Positions 9,332 through 19,099 of a stretch of 64,000 nt of DNA are shown here, in pieces; within the stretch, counting starts at the first letter, position 1; each line of letters starts with the position of its first letter. Location of the stretch: NCBI GenBank assembly GCA_014360055.1, contig JACIYH010000003.1:6235-70234 (forward strand), read 5' to 3'. The translations under genes were made by a program, and so were the position numbers. The stretch is from Bacillota bacterium (lineage in GTDB: Bacteria; Bacillota; Sulfobacillia; JACIYH01). Under the pieces are notes generated by a model that did not search any database, was not told the origin of the DNA, and saw only the letters and a list, made by a program, of their open reading frames with translations.

Positions 9332-10345
9332 GTGAGCGTGGTATTGAAGGAAGAGACGGGTCCCGCCCCGGCCGCGCAGGGCGACAACCTGCTGGAGGTG
9401 GTGGACCTCAAGAAGTACTTCCCCATCTACGGGGGCGTGTTCTCCCGGGTGGTGGGCTACAACTACGCCGTGGACGGCGTCTCCTTCGAGGTGAAGCGGG
9501 GGGAGACCTTCGGCCTGGTGGGCGAGTCCGGTTGCGGCAAGACCACGGCGGGCCGGGCCATCCTCCGGTTGACGCCCGCTACCTCGGGCAAGGTGTACTT
9601 CGACGGGCAGGACGTTTTCGCCCTGACGCCGGCCCAGATGCGCCGGCTGCGCCGGGAGATGCAGATCATCTTCCAGGACCCCTATGCCTCGCTTAACCCG
9701 CGCATGACGGTGGGGGAGATCATCGGCGAACCCCTGGAGATCCACGGGGTGGCACGGGGGGCCAGGAAGCAGGAACGGGTCAAGGAGTTGTTACGGGTCG
9801 TGGGCCTGCAGGCTTCCGACGCGCGTCGTTACCCGCACGAATTCTCGGGCGGTCAGCGCCAGCGCATCGGGATCGCCCGTGCCCTGGCCCTCAATCCCAA
9901 GCTGATTATCTGTGACGAACCCGTTTCCGCCCTGGACGTCTCCATCCAGTCTCAGATCCTCAACCTGCTGGATGAGTTGCAGGAGCAGTTCGGTCTCACG
10001 TATATATTCATTGCCCACGGGTTGCACGTGATCAAGCACGTGTCCGACCGGGTGGGCGTCATGTATCTGGGCAAGCTGGTGGAGGTGGCGGCCGCCGACG
10101 ATCTTTTTGCGGACCCGTACCATCCCTACACCGAAGCCCTGCTCTCCGCCATCCCCATCCCCAACCCGGAGGTCCGACGGGAGCGCATCGTGCTGGAAGG
10201 GGACGTACCCAGCCCCATCAATCCCCCGCCCGGTTGCCGGTTCCACACCAGGTGCCGCTACGTGCAGGACCGGTGTCGTGAGGAAGAACCAGCGCTGCGG
10301 AGACTCGAAGGCGGAAGGCAGGTGGCGTGCCACTTTCGCCCCTGA
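9332..10345 (+). CDS. oppF: Oligopeptide/dipeptide-type ABC transporter ATP-binding protein
   Basis: Walker [17 protein letters not shown] signature and a C-terminal [14 protein letters not shown] motif. GTG start immediately after the oppD stop. Confidence 0.85.
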   Translation: MSVVLKEETGPAPAAQGDNLLEVVDLKKYFPIYGGVFSRVVGYNYAVDGVSFEVKRGETFGLVGESGCGKTTAGRAILRLTPATSGKVYFDGQDVFALTPAQMRRLRREMQIIFQDPYASLNPRMTVGEIIGEPLEIHGVARGARKQERVKELLRVVGLQASDARRYPHEFSGGQRQRIGIARALALNPKLIICDEPVSALDVSIQSQILNLLDELQEQFGLTYIFIAHGLHVIKHVSDRVGVMYLGKLVEVAAADDLFADPYHPYTEALLSAIPIPNPEVRRERIVLEGDVPSPINPPPGCRFHTRCRYVQDRCREEEPALRRLEGGRQVACHFRP

Positions 10346-10486
10346 GTCGGCCCGACATCGCCACCTGGCTTGCGTCACCACCCGCGCGTGACCGCCCGCG
10401 CGTGGCTGCCGAGCGTCGCCACCGGGCGTGGGCGCCCGCAGGGTGACCGCCCGCCGCGGCGCTCAATAGGAGAGGGGGAGCGGGGC

Positions 10487-11833
10487 ATGGAGGGGGGTTC
10501 GGAGGGAGGCCGCAAGCCGCTGGGTACGGCGCGCATGCTGGCCTACAGCCTGGGTTCCCTGGGCGCATCCGTCCCGGGCCAGGCTTTTTCTGCGTATGCG
10601 GTCTTCTTTTATGTGGACGTCCTCAAGCTGCCGGCGCTGTGGGTGGCCACCATAGGTATGACCCTGTACGGGATCTGGAATGCCTTCAACGACCCCATGC
10701 TGGGCTACCTGTCCGATCGCACCAGGACGCGCTGGGGCCGCCGCATTCCCTGGATTGCGGGTGGCCTGTTGCCCCTGGTGGTGTTCTTCATCCTGGTGTG
10801 GACGCCGCCCGCCCTGGCCCCGGGCGGCCTCTTCGCCTACTTCCTGGTGATCATTTTCCTGTACGATTTCTTCTTCACCCTGGTGGTGCTCAACTGGACC
10901 TCCCTGTTCCCGGAGATGTTCCCCAGCCTCAGGGAACGGGCCGTGGTGTCGGCCTGGCGGCAGATCTTCGGGAACCTGGGCCTCGTCGTGGGGGTGGCCC
11001 TGGCCCCCATGCTGTACAGCAGCATCGGCTGGGCGAAGACGGGCATCGTCCTGGGACTGCTCACCGGCGCGGCCCTGGGCATTTCCCTGCTCGGCAGCCG
11101 GGAGGATCCCTCCCTGCCCACCGAGCCCCTCTCCCTGGGGCCCGCCCTCCGTTACACCCTGGCCAACCGGTCTTTCCTGACCTTTGTGTTCACCAGCCTT
11201 ACGGTACAGTTTGCCTTCACCGTGCTGCTGGCCGCCCTGCGTTTCTACACCAAGTACGTGCTGCATCTCGGCGACGAGCAGCACACCATCATGCTGGTGG
11301 CCTGTTTCGTGATGGTGTTCATTCTGCTCCATCCCTGGGGCCGTATCACCGTACGGCTGGGCGCCCGCAAAACCATGATGCTGGGCATCGCCATCTTCGG
11401 AATTGCCCTCCTGCCGGCCTGGTTCGTGAGTGACTTCATGGGGGGTGTGGTGTTCGCCGCCCTGCTCGGTGTGGGGTTGCCCGCCCTGATGCTGCTCCTG
11501 GACGTGCTCATCTCCGACGTCATCGACGAGGACGAATTGCGCTCGGGCACCCGGCGGGAGGGCATGTACTTCGGCGTCCACGCCCTGGTCATCCGCCTGG
11601 GTATCTCCTTCAACGGCCTGGTGATGGGTACCGTCCTCACCGCGACGGGGTACGATCCCCACCTGGCGGTACAGCCCGCCTCTGCCATCTGGGGCCTGCG
11701 GTTCCTGATGGGCGGCGTTCCCCTGGTGGCCCTGGCCATCGCCTTCGCTTGCATGGTACTGTATCCCCTGTACGGGAAGCGGCTGGCGGAGGTCAAGGCG
11801 GAAATCGCCCGGCGCCGGGCTCTGGGTGCCTGA
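10487..11833 (+). CDS. MFS transporter, GPH (glycoside-pentoside-hexuronide:cation symporter, MelB-like) family
   Basis: 12-TM profile. The N-terminus MLAYSLGSLGASVPGQAFSAYAVFFYVDVLKL is typical of the GPH family. ATG at 10487 follows a GGAGAGGGGGAG RBS. Confidence 0.8.
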   Translation: MEGGSEGGRKPLGTARMLAYSLGSLGASVPGQAFSAYAVFFYVDVLKLPALWVATIGMTLYGIWNAFNDPMLGYLSDRTRTRWGRRIPWIAGGLLPLVVFFILVWTPPALAPGGLFAYFLVIIFLYDFFFTLVVLNWTSLFPEMFPSLRERAVVSAWRQIFGNLGLVVGVALAPMLYSSIGWAKTGIVLGLLTGAALGISLLGSREDPSLPTEPLSLGPALRYTLANRSFLTFVFTSLTVQFAFTVLLAALRFYTKYVLHLGDEQHTIMLVACFVMVFILLHPWGRITVRLGARKTMMLGIAIFGIALLPAWFVSDFMGGVVFAALLGVGLPALMLLLDVLISDVIDEDELRSGTRREGMYFGVHALVIRLGISFNGLVMGTVLTATGYDPHLAVQPASAIWGLRFLMGGVPLVALAIAFACMVLYPLYGKRLAEVKAEIARRRALGA

Positions 11834-13637
11834 CCGCGGGGGCGATTGCCGGTTGAGTGGGGTTGCAGGCGGGCTGAGCGGGAGTCCGAGCCGGTCCGGC
11901 GAAGCGGCGGGCGGGACCGGCGGGGGCACCGGATACAAGGCCTTCAACCCCCTGGAGATCCCCGCCTGCCGGGCCAGGGTGCTGGGGACGGGCTTTGTGG
12001 GCGGTAAGGCCAAGGGCCTGTTCCTGGCCGAGCAGGTGCTGGCACGTCACGGCCTCCTGGGCACGCGGGTTACAATCCCCCCCACCTGGGTGTTGCCCAC
12101 GGGCGTTTTTGAGCGGTTCCTGGACGACAACGGTCTGGGCCGCTTCAGCCCGGGTGCCCGGTCGGGGGAGGAGTACGAGGAGATCGTCTCCCATTTCCGC
12201 CGCGCCCCCCTCCCCGGGCAGGTGCGCGAGCGGCTGGCTTCCTGGCTGCGGGAAGTGGATTACCCGCTGGCGGTGCGTTCCTCGGCGTTTCTGGAGGACA
12301 GCCTGCGCTATTCCTTCGCGGGCAAGTACCACACCGTGTTCATCCCCAACCGGGGGCACCTGGTGGCTCGCCTGGAGGCGCTGGAGGCAGCCATCAAGGA
12401 AGTGTACGCCTCCGTGTACTGCCCCGACGCGGTGGCCTACCGGCAGCGCCGGGGGCTGGGGGACGACAGTATGGCGGTGATCCTGCAGAAGCTGGTGGGT
12501 GAGGAACACCGCGACCTGTTCTACCCCGAGATCTCCGGCGTGGGGTTTTCCCGCAACTACCGTTGCTGGAGCGAGCGGGTGCGCCCCGGGGACGGTGTGT
12601 TGCGCCTCGCCTTCGGGCTGGGCACACGCTGCACGGGTCGCGGCTACGCCCGCCTGGCTTCCCTCACCAATCCCGACCTCCGGCCGGAGGGCAACGACCC
12701 CCGCGATGTGGCGCGCTACTCCCAGGAGATTTTCGATGCCCTGCACCTTCCCTCGGGCCGGCTGCAGTCGTGGAACATCAACGCCCGGCCGGACGTGGTG
12801 GCCTGCCACCCCCACTTCTCCCGCTACGCCCAGCTCTACCTGCCGGGCAGCAACGAGCTGGTGCCTCCGCCTCCCGTGCTGCCGGGGGGCCCCCCCGGTA
12901 CCCGGTACGTCTTCAGCTTCCCCGACCTGGCCCGGCATTTCGGCCCCGTAATCGACACCGCACGCGAACTCTTCACGCTGCTGGAAAGCCCCGGGGCCAT
13001 GGACACCCCGGTGGACGTCGAGTTCACTTACGCCACCGCTTCCGGCGAATTTGCCCTCGTGCAGGCGCGTCCTCTCTCCAGTTACGAGGAGTTCCGCCCC
13101 GTCCGTGTACCTTCGCCGCTACCGGGGGAGGTCATCCTGCAAGGCGACCGCATGATGACCAACGGGCAACTCGAGGACGTGAACCACCTGGTTTACGTGG
13201 ACCCGGACCTCTACCGGGAGACGGCCGACAAGGCCCGCGTGGCGAGAGAGGTGGGGCGGATTAACGACCAACTGGCGGGGGATAGGTACATCCTGGTGGG
13301 GCCGGGACGCTGGGGATCGTCCCATCCCGCGCAGGGGGTACCCGTCCAGTATCGGGAGGTCGCCCACGCCGGCCTGCTGGTGGAGCTGGGTTCGCGGGAA
13401 GAGGCCTTCATCCCCGAGCTATCTTATGGCACGCACTTTTTCGCTGACCTGGAGAACGACCGTATCCTCTACCTGCCCGTGTTCACCCACCTGGGCACCA
13501 ACGTGTACAATCGGGAGTGGTTCGACCGTTATCCCGCCGAGGGTACCGGTCACCCGGCGGTGAGGATCTACCGCGGCAGGTTCTCCGCCTACCTGGACGG
13601 CCACCAGCCGCTGGGAGTGGTGGTGCGAAGGCCCTGA
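11826..13637 (+). CDS. PEP-utilising enzyme N-terminal (PPDK_N, ATP-grasp) domain protein; no phosphohistidine swivel domain recognised
   Basis: LGTGFVGGKAKGLFLAEQVL, YPLAVRSSAFLEDS and FAGKYHTVF match the nucleotide-binding domain of PEP synthase / pyruvate phosphate dikinase. The C-terminal about 190 aa are unassigned. The start is uncertain. Confidence 0.6.
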   Translation: MPDRGGDCRLSGVAGGLSGSPSRSGEAAGGTGGGTGYKAFNPLEIPACRARVLGTGFVGGKAKGLFLAEQVLARHGLLGTRVTIPPTWVLPTGVFERFLDDNGLGRFSPGARSGEEYEEIVSHFRRAPLPGQVRERLASWLREVDYPLAVRSSAFLEDSLRYSFAGKYHTVFIPNRGHLVARLEALEAAIKEVYASVYCPDAVAYRQRRGLGDDSMAVILQKLVGEEHRDLFYPEISGVGFSRNYRCWSERVRPGDGVLRLAFGLGTRCTGRGYARLASLTNPDLRPEGNDPRDVARYSQEIFDALHLPSGRLQSWNINARPDVVACHPHFSRYAQLYLPGSNELVPPPPVLPGGPPGTRYVFSFPDLARHFGPVIDTARELFTLLESPGAMDTPVDVEFTYATASGEFALVQARPLSSYEEFRPVRVPSPLPGEVILQGDRMMTNGQLEDVNHLVYVDPDLYRETADKARVAREVGRINDQLAGDRYILVGPGRWGSSHPAQGVPVQYREVAHAGLLVELGSREEAFIPELSYGTHFFADLENDRILYLPVFTHLGTNVYNREWFDRYPAEGTGHPAVRIYRGRFSAYLDGHQPLGVVVRRP

Positions 13638-13712
13638 GGGAGATCGCCCGCCCGGAAAAGCATTCTCTTGCGGGGGGGCCGAGCATCGTGTATGCTGGGG
13701 GCGCACGGGGGG

Positions 13713-14138
13713 ATGGGCATGAAGGCGGTCAAGGTGGAGCGGTTGGGCATGGACATGGTGTCCGACCAGGTGGTGGTGTTTCTCAAGGAGGTGGACGGCA
13801 GCCGGTCGCTGCCCATATGGATCGGTCACCTGGAGGCCGGGTCCATCGCCCTGGCGCTGGAGGGGGTGCAGCCCCCCCGTCCCATCACGCACGATCTTCT
13901 GAAGAGTGTGCTGGAGGCCCTGGGTGCCCGGGTCAGACGGGTCGCCATCAACGACCTTCGTAACGAGACTTTCTACGCCCTCATCGAAGTGGAAGTGGAC
14001 GGGCGCGTCTTCGAACTGGACTCCCGGCCCAGCGATGCCCTGGCCCTGGCCCTGCGCACGGAGGCGCCCATCTTCGTGGCCGAGCAGGTGTTGGATCAGG
14101 CCGGCGTGCGCCCTGGCGAGGGGGAAGAAAGTGGATAG
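13713..14138 (+). CDS. Bifunctional nuclease domain protein (DUF151/BFN)
   Basis: MKAVKVERLGMDMVSDQVVVFLKEVDGSRSLPIWIGHLEAGSIALALEG...RPITHDL matches the BFN-domain pattern. Confidence 0.6.
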   Translation: MGMKAVKVERLGMDMVSDQVVVFLKEVDGSRSLPIWIGHLEAGSIALALEGVQPPRPITHDLLKSVLEALGARVRRVAINDLRNETFYALIEVEVDGRVFELDSRPSDALALALRTEAPIFVAEQVLDQAGVRPGEGEESG

Positions 14139-15108
14139 CTTCGTCATACCGGTAGCCAACGGGGTGCTGCCCCGGCCGGAGGGCGGGGTGGTGACGGGGA
14201 TCTTCGTCAATCCCTACGCAGCCAGCGTGCTGCAGGAGGCAGGACCGGAGGCCGACATCCTGCTCTGCCCTTATTCGGTGGCCAGGGGAAAGCTGTACCC
14301 GGTGGGGGTGATGGTTTCCGTCCAGGAGGCCTGGATGCAGCCCGTCTACCTGGGCGGCCCGGCCGGTCCCTACCGCAAGGTCACGGCGCTGTTCGCACGG
14401 GTCAGCGGGCGGGGGCGCTACCGCGCCGGTTCCTTCTCCCGGCGCGGCCGCACCGTCCTGGCGTCGCGGCTGGATGCGGTCGACGTGGCCGCCCTGCGGG
14501 CACAGGGTTATCCCGTCCTGGACGGGGCCGGCTGGCAGGCACTGGGCGGCCACACCAGCTTCCAGGGGGCGGACGACGTGCTGGTGACCCTGGACGGCGT
14601 GGAATACGAGTCGGGGCGGCGGGTGCAGTTGACGGGGAACGTGGGCGGGATCATCCCGCCCGATCAGGCCCACACCGTTGAGCACGGTATTATCCGCGCG
14701 CTGGCCCAGTACGCCCTGTGCACGCCCCGCCTCCTGCGGGAGACCTTCGCCCAGGAGGGGCGTGAACTGGCGCAGTCCCTCGAGGTGGGTTTCCGCTTGC
14801 GCCTGCCGGAGGTGTTTGGGGTGACGCGCACGGGGGCGTGCGGCAACCCGCTCTCCGACCTGGCCCACTTTTACCTGGCCCGGGAACTGGTGGAGAGGCT
14901 GGCGGAAGGGGAACCCTATCCCCGCTCCCTGGAGGCGGCCCGCAACGTCACCCTGTCCCGGCTGGTGGAGGACCTCGACCTGACCGACCGGGCCCCTTTC
15001 CGGGTGCCACGTGCGCTGAAACACGGCATGTTCCACGACGACACCCTCCCGGACCTCACCACCCTGAAGCGGGTGCTGGCCCGTTTCCCCGCTTCGCCCT
15101 GGTCGTAG
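14131..15108 (+). CDS. Hypothetical protein, N-terminal Lon-N (PUA-like) substrate-binding-domain-like region
   Basis: GTG start overlaps the BFN stop and follows RBS GGGGGAAG. The N-terminal pattern is collinear with Lon N-terminal domains (weak). The C-terminal half is unassigned. Confidence 0.4.
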   Translation: MDSFVIPVANGVLPRPEGGVVTGIFVNPYAASVLQEAGPEADILLCPYSVARGKLYPVGVMVSVQEAWMQPVYLGGPAGPYRKVTALFARVSGRGRYRAGSFSRRGRTVLASRLDAVDVAALRAQGYPVLDGAGWQALGGHTSFQGADDVLVTLDGVEYESGRRVQLTGNVGGIIPPDQAHTVEHGIIRALAQYALCTPRLLRETFAQEGRELAQSLEVGFRLRLPEVFGVTRTGACGNPLSDLAHFYLARELVERLAEGEPYPRSLEAARNVTLSRLVEDLDLTDRAPFRVPRALKHGMFHDDTLPDLTTLKRVLARFPASPWS

Positions 15109-15188
15109 GCCGGCGCGCACCTCCGGGTCGGGGGTGCGGTGCCCCAAGGGCCGCCCAGAACGCCGGAGGGCCGGAAGGAGGTGGACCC

Positions 15189-15716
15189 GTGGACCTGGTG
15201 CGCATCGGCGAGAAGGTGCTCAGCCGCCAGAAGCTGGCCGAGGCCATCGACCGCATACTGGAGATGCGTGCGCGCGGGCTCTCTCAGCAGGAGGTGGCGG
15301 ATCGGGTGGGGGTGGACCGCACCTTCGTGTCCCGCCTGGAAACGCTGGGCGAGGTCCGCAAGGGACGCACCATTGCGGTGGTGGGGTTCCCGGTGGAAAA
15401 CCGGGCCGAACTGGAACAGGTGGCGCGGGAGGAGGGGGTGGACTACACCTTCCTGCTGACGGATCGGGAGCGCTGGGAGTTCCTGGAGGGAAAGAGCGGC
15501 ATTGAGCTTTTCAACCAGATAATGTCCATCATATACGCGGTGCGGGAACACGATGTGGTCATCCTGATGGGGTCCGACCGCCGGGTGAGCCTGATGAAGG
15601 GGCTGGTGGACAAGGAGGCTATCCTCGTCCCGCTGGGCACCTCGCCCATGACGCAGGGCGCGACGGTGGACCCGGAGAGGTTCCGCTCCCTCATACGCTC
15701 CGTCAAATCCCCCTAG
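15189..15716 (+). CDS. HTH-domain protein (short N-terminal helix-turn-helix plus a C-terminal domain of unknown function)
   Basis: RBS GGAAGGAGGTGG then GTG. HTH region LSQQEVADRVGVDRTFVSRLE. The C-terminal domain is not recognised. Confidence 0.5.
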   Translation: MDLVRIGEKVLSRQKLAEAIDRILEMRARGLSQQEVADRVGVDRTFVSRLETLGEVRKGRTIAVVGFPVENRAELEQVAREEGVDYTFLLTDRERWEFLEGKSGIELFNQIMSIIYAVREHDVVILMGSDRRVSLMKGLVDKEAILVPLGTSPMTQGATVDPERFRSLIRSVKSP

Positions 15717-15744
15717 GCCGAGCCGGCGATCCCACGGTCGGCAC

Positions 15745-17046
15745 GTGGCGGGAGCAGAATTGACGCGGAGAGGCCGTCATAAGATATCTCGTGCCCGGGT
15801 GGGGTTGTGCTTGCGGTCCGGTGCCGGGCGGGGTTGCGGTGGTGAGCCGGTGCCGGGTACGGGCCCGGGTCACTTCCAAGGGAAGGGACCGCTGCCAGTG
15901 ACTTTTGCCTGTGTGTTCGCTTCGCCCGCCGTCGGCTCTGCTGCGGAAGGGGACGCTTCGCGCGACCGCGGTGCGCACCGGCTGCTGCCCCGCGCGGCCA
16001 GGGCGGTAGCGGGGCTGGACCTTCCCTGGCGCCGGCGACTGGTGCGGGTGATCGACGCGGAGGGAGAGGGAGGGTGGGTGGCCATCCTCCCCGCGGACGC
16101 GCCGGCCCAGAGGGTGAACCGGACCTTGCGACAGCTTGCCCGCCGCGGCGCGGGGACGATCAGTGTCTCCCCCCGATTGGGGGTTTCCGGCCCCGGGCTG
16201 CACCTGTGGATGGCTGCCTGCCTGAGGGCTGCCCTCCTGCTGGCGAGGGCGGCTGCGGGAAGGCCGCGACACGCCCTGGTGGTGGGGGCCGATACTCCGG
16301 CGGGGCGCCTGGCCCTGGCCTGGCTGGCGGTACGGGTCAGGTACATCTCCGTGGGCGACACGCCCGGCACCGGGCGGGCTCTCCTGGCCGACCGGTTGCT
16401 CGCCGACCTGGGGGTGGCGGTGCAGTGGGAGCCCGTGGAGGTCCCGGGGCCGCCCTGGGAAGGGGACCTGGTGGTCTGGGCGGACGGTAAGCGATCCCCG
16501 GCGCGGGAGATACGTGCGCCCATTTGGCTGGGTTGTGGGCCCGGGCAGGCGCACCCGCAGCGCACCAACCGGTACCGCCCGCCCGCGGGGCAGGTGGCTC
16601 CCGACTGCGGGGCGGGGTGGGCAGAACGGCCGGCAGGGGCTGCACTGATCCTGGATGCCCTCATTGCGGGGGTGGGCCTCGAGGGATTACCCCCCTGGTG
16701 GTGGAGGGAGTGGGGCTGGCCACCGGGGTTCCTGCCCGCGGGCGGGTTGGAGGCGGCACTGTTGCGGCGCCCCCCGGCTTCGGCGGGACGGGCGCGCGAG
16801 GGCTGGCGGGGACCGGCCCGGGTACTGGACGAAGTGTGGCGGCTGGCCGTGGAGCGGGGATGGGCGCTGGCCGGCGCCGTGCTGGCCCCGGAGAGTGGGG
16901 CCGTGCCGGTCCCGGAGGGTGACGCTGTGCTGGCCCCGGAGGGTGACGCGGCGAGGCCGGGTCCCTTCCGGGCGTCACGGGCGTCACGGGTGGCGTGGTT
17001 GACAGGTATGGGGGGTCCGCATATAATCTGGAATGCCGTTGGATGA
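15745..17046 (+). CDS. Hypothetical protein (Ala/Arg/Gly-rich; possible Rossmann-like core); coding status uncertain
   Basis: Only long sense-strand ORF between the HTH gene and greA. Contains HALVVGADTPAGRLALAWLAVRVRYISVGD and a short C-terminal PEGDA repeat. No family recognised. Confidence 0.3.
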   Translation: MAGAELTRRGRHKISRARVGLCLRSGAGRGCGGEPVPGTGPGHFQGKGPLPVTFACVFASPAVGSAAEGDASRDRGAHRLLPRAARAVAGLDLPWRRRLVRVIDAEGEGGWVAILPADAPAQRVNRTLRQLARRGAGTISVSPRLGVSGPGLHLWMAACLRAALLLARAAAGRPRHALVVGADTPAGRLALAWLAVRVRYISVGDTPGTGRALLADRLLADLGVAVQWEPVEVPGPPWEGDLVVWADGKRSPAREIRAPIWLGCGPGQAHPQRTNRYRPPAGQVAPDCGAGWAERPAGAALILDALIAGVGLEGLPPWWWREWGWPPGFLPAGGLEAALLRRPPASAGRAREGWRGPARVLDEVWRLAVERGWALAGAVLAPESGAVPVPEGDAVLAPEGDAARPGPFRASRASRVAWLTGMGGPHIIWNAVG

Positions 17047-17134
17047 GCACCGGGCTTGCGTCCCGGGGCCTTCATATATTGCCGGTGGAATCCGATTACT
17101 ATAGGAGTCGAGACCCCGGAGAGGAGAAGGTGAG

Positions 17135-17611
17135 GTGGCCCAGAAAGAGATTGTCCTTTCGCCGGAGGGCCTGGAGAAGCTCGAGAAAGAGCTGGAGTAC
17201 CTCAAGTCGGTCCGCCGGCGGGAAGTGGCGGAGAGGATCAAGCAGGCCCGCCAGTTCGGCGACCTCGACGAGAACTCCGAGTACGAGGACGCCAAGAATG
17301 AGCAGGCCTTCGTGGAAGCGCGCATAGCCGAACTGGAAAACGTGCTGCGCTATGCGCGTGTCCTCAACCGCGAGGCCATCGACCCCGAGCGGGTCAGCCT
17401 GGGGTCAAAGGTAACCCTGCGCGACCTGGACACGGGGGACGAGTTCACCTACACCATCGTCTCCTCGGCGGAAGCCGATCCCGCGGCCGGCCGCATCTCC
17501 GATCAGTCGCCCGTGGGCCGTGCCGTCCTGGGGCAGAGGCCGGGGGCACAGGTGGAGGTGGCGGCGCCGCTGGGACGGTTCCGTTACGAGATCGTGGCCC
17601 TGGGGAGGTAA
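17135..17611 (+). CDS. greA: Transcription elongation factor GreA
   Basis: GTG start after GGAGAGGAGAAGG. Coiled-coil N-domain plus the FKBP-like C-domain (LGSKVTLRDLDTGDEFTYTIVSSAEADPAAGRIS). Confidence 0.9.
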   Translation: MAQKEIVLSPEGLEKLEKELEYLKSVRRREVAERIKQARQFGDLDENSEYEDAKNEQAFVEARIAELENVLRYARVLNREAIDPERVSLGSKVTLRDLDTGDEFTYTIVSSAEADPAAGRISDQSPVGRAVLGQRPGAQVEVAAPLGRFRYEIVALGR

Positions 17612-17620
17612 GACACCGGG

Positions 17621-19081
17621 TTGACCGACATCTTGGAAGCCCGCCGCGCGCGGCTCGACCAGTGGAGGGACAAAGGGGTCGACCCCTTCGGGGGAAGGTT
17701 CGACCGCACCCACCTCGCCCGGGAAATCAAGGAGGGGTTCGCCGAACTGGAGGGCGCCCGGGTAAGGGTGGCGGGCCGGGTGATGGGCTTCCGGGTTCAC
17801 GGCAGGGCCAGTTTCGTCGACCTGCAGGACGTCTCCGGCCGCGTCCAGATCTACGCCCGCGCGGACGTGCTGCCTGCGGGACAATACGAGGATTTCACCC
17901 TCCTCGATGTGGGGGACATCATAGGGGCATGGGGCAGTGTCATGCGCACCCGGCGGGGCGAGATTTCGGTACAGGCCGAGGGGTGGCAGCTTTTGGCCAA
18001 GTCCTTGCGGCCCCTGCCGGAGAAGTGGCACGGCCTGCGGGATGTGGAACTCCGTTACCGTTACCGCTACCTCGATCTCATGGTCAATCCCGGGGTGCGC
18101 GACGTGTTCCTTACCCGGGCCGCCATCCTGCGGGCCATCCGCAAGTTCCTGGATGAGCGTGGCTTCCACGAGGTGGAGACCCCGGTCATGAGCCCGGTGG
18201 CGGGGGGAGCCACCGCCCGTCCTTTCATCACCCATCACAATGCCCTGGACCTTGACCTCTACCTGCGCATCGCCCTGGAACTGCACCTGAAGCGTCTCAT
18301 AGTGGCGGGGCTGGAGAAGGTGTACGAGATCGGCCGGGTGTTTCGCAATGAAGGCATATCCACCCGCCACAACCCGGAGTTCACCATGCTCGAACTCTAC
18401 CAGGCCTACGCCGACTACGGGGATATGATGGAACTCACCGAGCAGATGGTGTCGCAGGTGGCGCAGGAGGTGCTGGGGAGCACCATCATAACCTATCAGG
18501 GCGAACGCATCGAGCTGGCCCCTCCCTGGCCGCGCATCAGGCTATGGGATGCCGTGGGCCGGTTCGCCGGGCTCGGGCCGGATGACATCCGGGATGACGA
18601 TGCGGCCGCCCGCGTGGCGGCGAAACGCGGGTTGCGCATGGACAAGCCCCCCACCAAGGCGGGTGTGATCGAGAAGATCCTGGAAGAAGAAGTCGAGCCT
18701 CACCTGGTGCAGCCCGCCTTCCTGGTGGACTATCCGGTGGAGATGTCCCCCCTGGCCAGGCGCCGGGCCGATGACCCCTCCCTGGTCTACCGGTTCGAGG
18801 CCTTTGTGGCAGGGCGGGAGATAGCCAATGCCTTCTCCGAGTTGAACGACCCCATCGACCAGAGGGAGCGCTTCATGCAGCAGGCGGCCATGCGGGCCCG
18901 GGGCGACGAGGAGGCGCACCCCTTCGACGAGGATTTCCTGCTCGCCCTGGAGTACGGCATGCCCCCCACCGGCGGGCTGGGGGTGGGCGTGGACCGCCTG
19001 GTGATGCTCCTCACCGATTCACCGTCCATACGGGACGTGATCCTCTTCCCGCTCCTGCGCCCGCGCCCGCCCGAAGACTAG
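17621..19081 (+). CDS. lysS: Lysine--tRNA ligase (class II)
   Basis: OB anticodon-binding domain and class II motifs (FRNEGISTRHNPEFTMLELY; GGLGVGVDRLVMLL). Confidence 0.95.
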   Translation: MTDILEARRARLDQWRDKGVDPFGGRFDRTHLAREIKEGFAELEGARVRVAGRVMGFRVHGRASFVDLQDVSGRVQIYARADVLPAGQYEDFTLLDVGDIIGAWGSVMRTRRGEISVQAEGWQLLAKSLRPLPEKWHGLRDVELRYRYRYLDLMVNPGVRDVFLTRAAILRAIRKFLDERGFHEVETPVMSPVAGGATARPFITHHNALDLDLYLRIALELHLKRLIVAGLEKVYEIGRVFRNEGISTRHNPEFTMLELYQAYADYGDMMELTEQMVSQVAQEVLGSTIITYQGERIELAPPWPRIRLWDAVGRFAGLGPDDIRDDDAAARVAAKRGLRMDKPPTKAGVIEKILEEEVEPHLVQPAFLVDYPVEMSPLARRRADDPSLVYRFEAFVAGREIANAFSELNDPIDQRERFMQQAAMRARGDEEAHPFDEDFLLALEYGMPPTGGLGVGVDRLVMLLTDSPSIRDVILFPLLRPRPPED

Positions 19082-19099
19082 GGTGGCGACCGCAGGCGA

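Noticed and set aside
10463-12013. 516-aa minus-strand ORF
   Set aside because: Antisense to the GPH MFS transporter gene.
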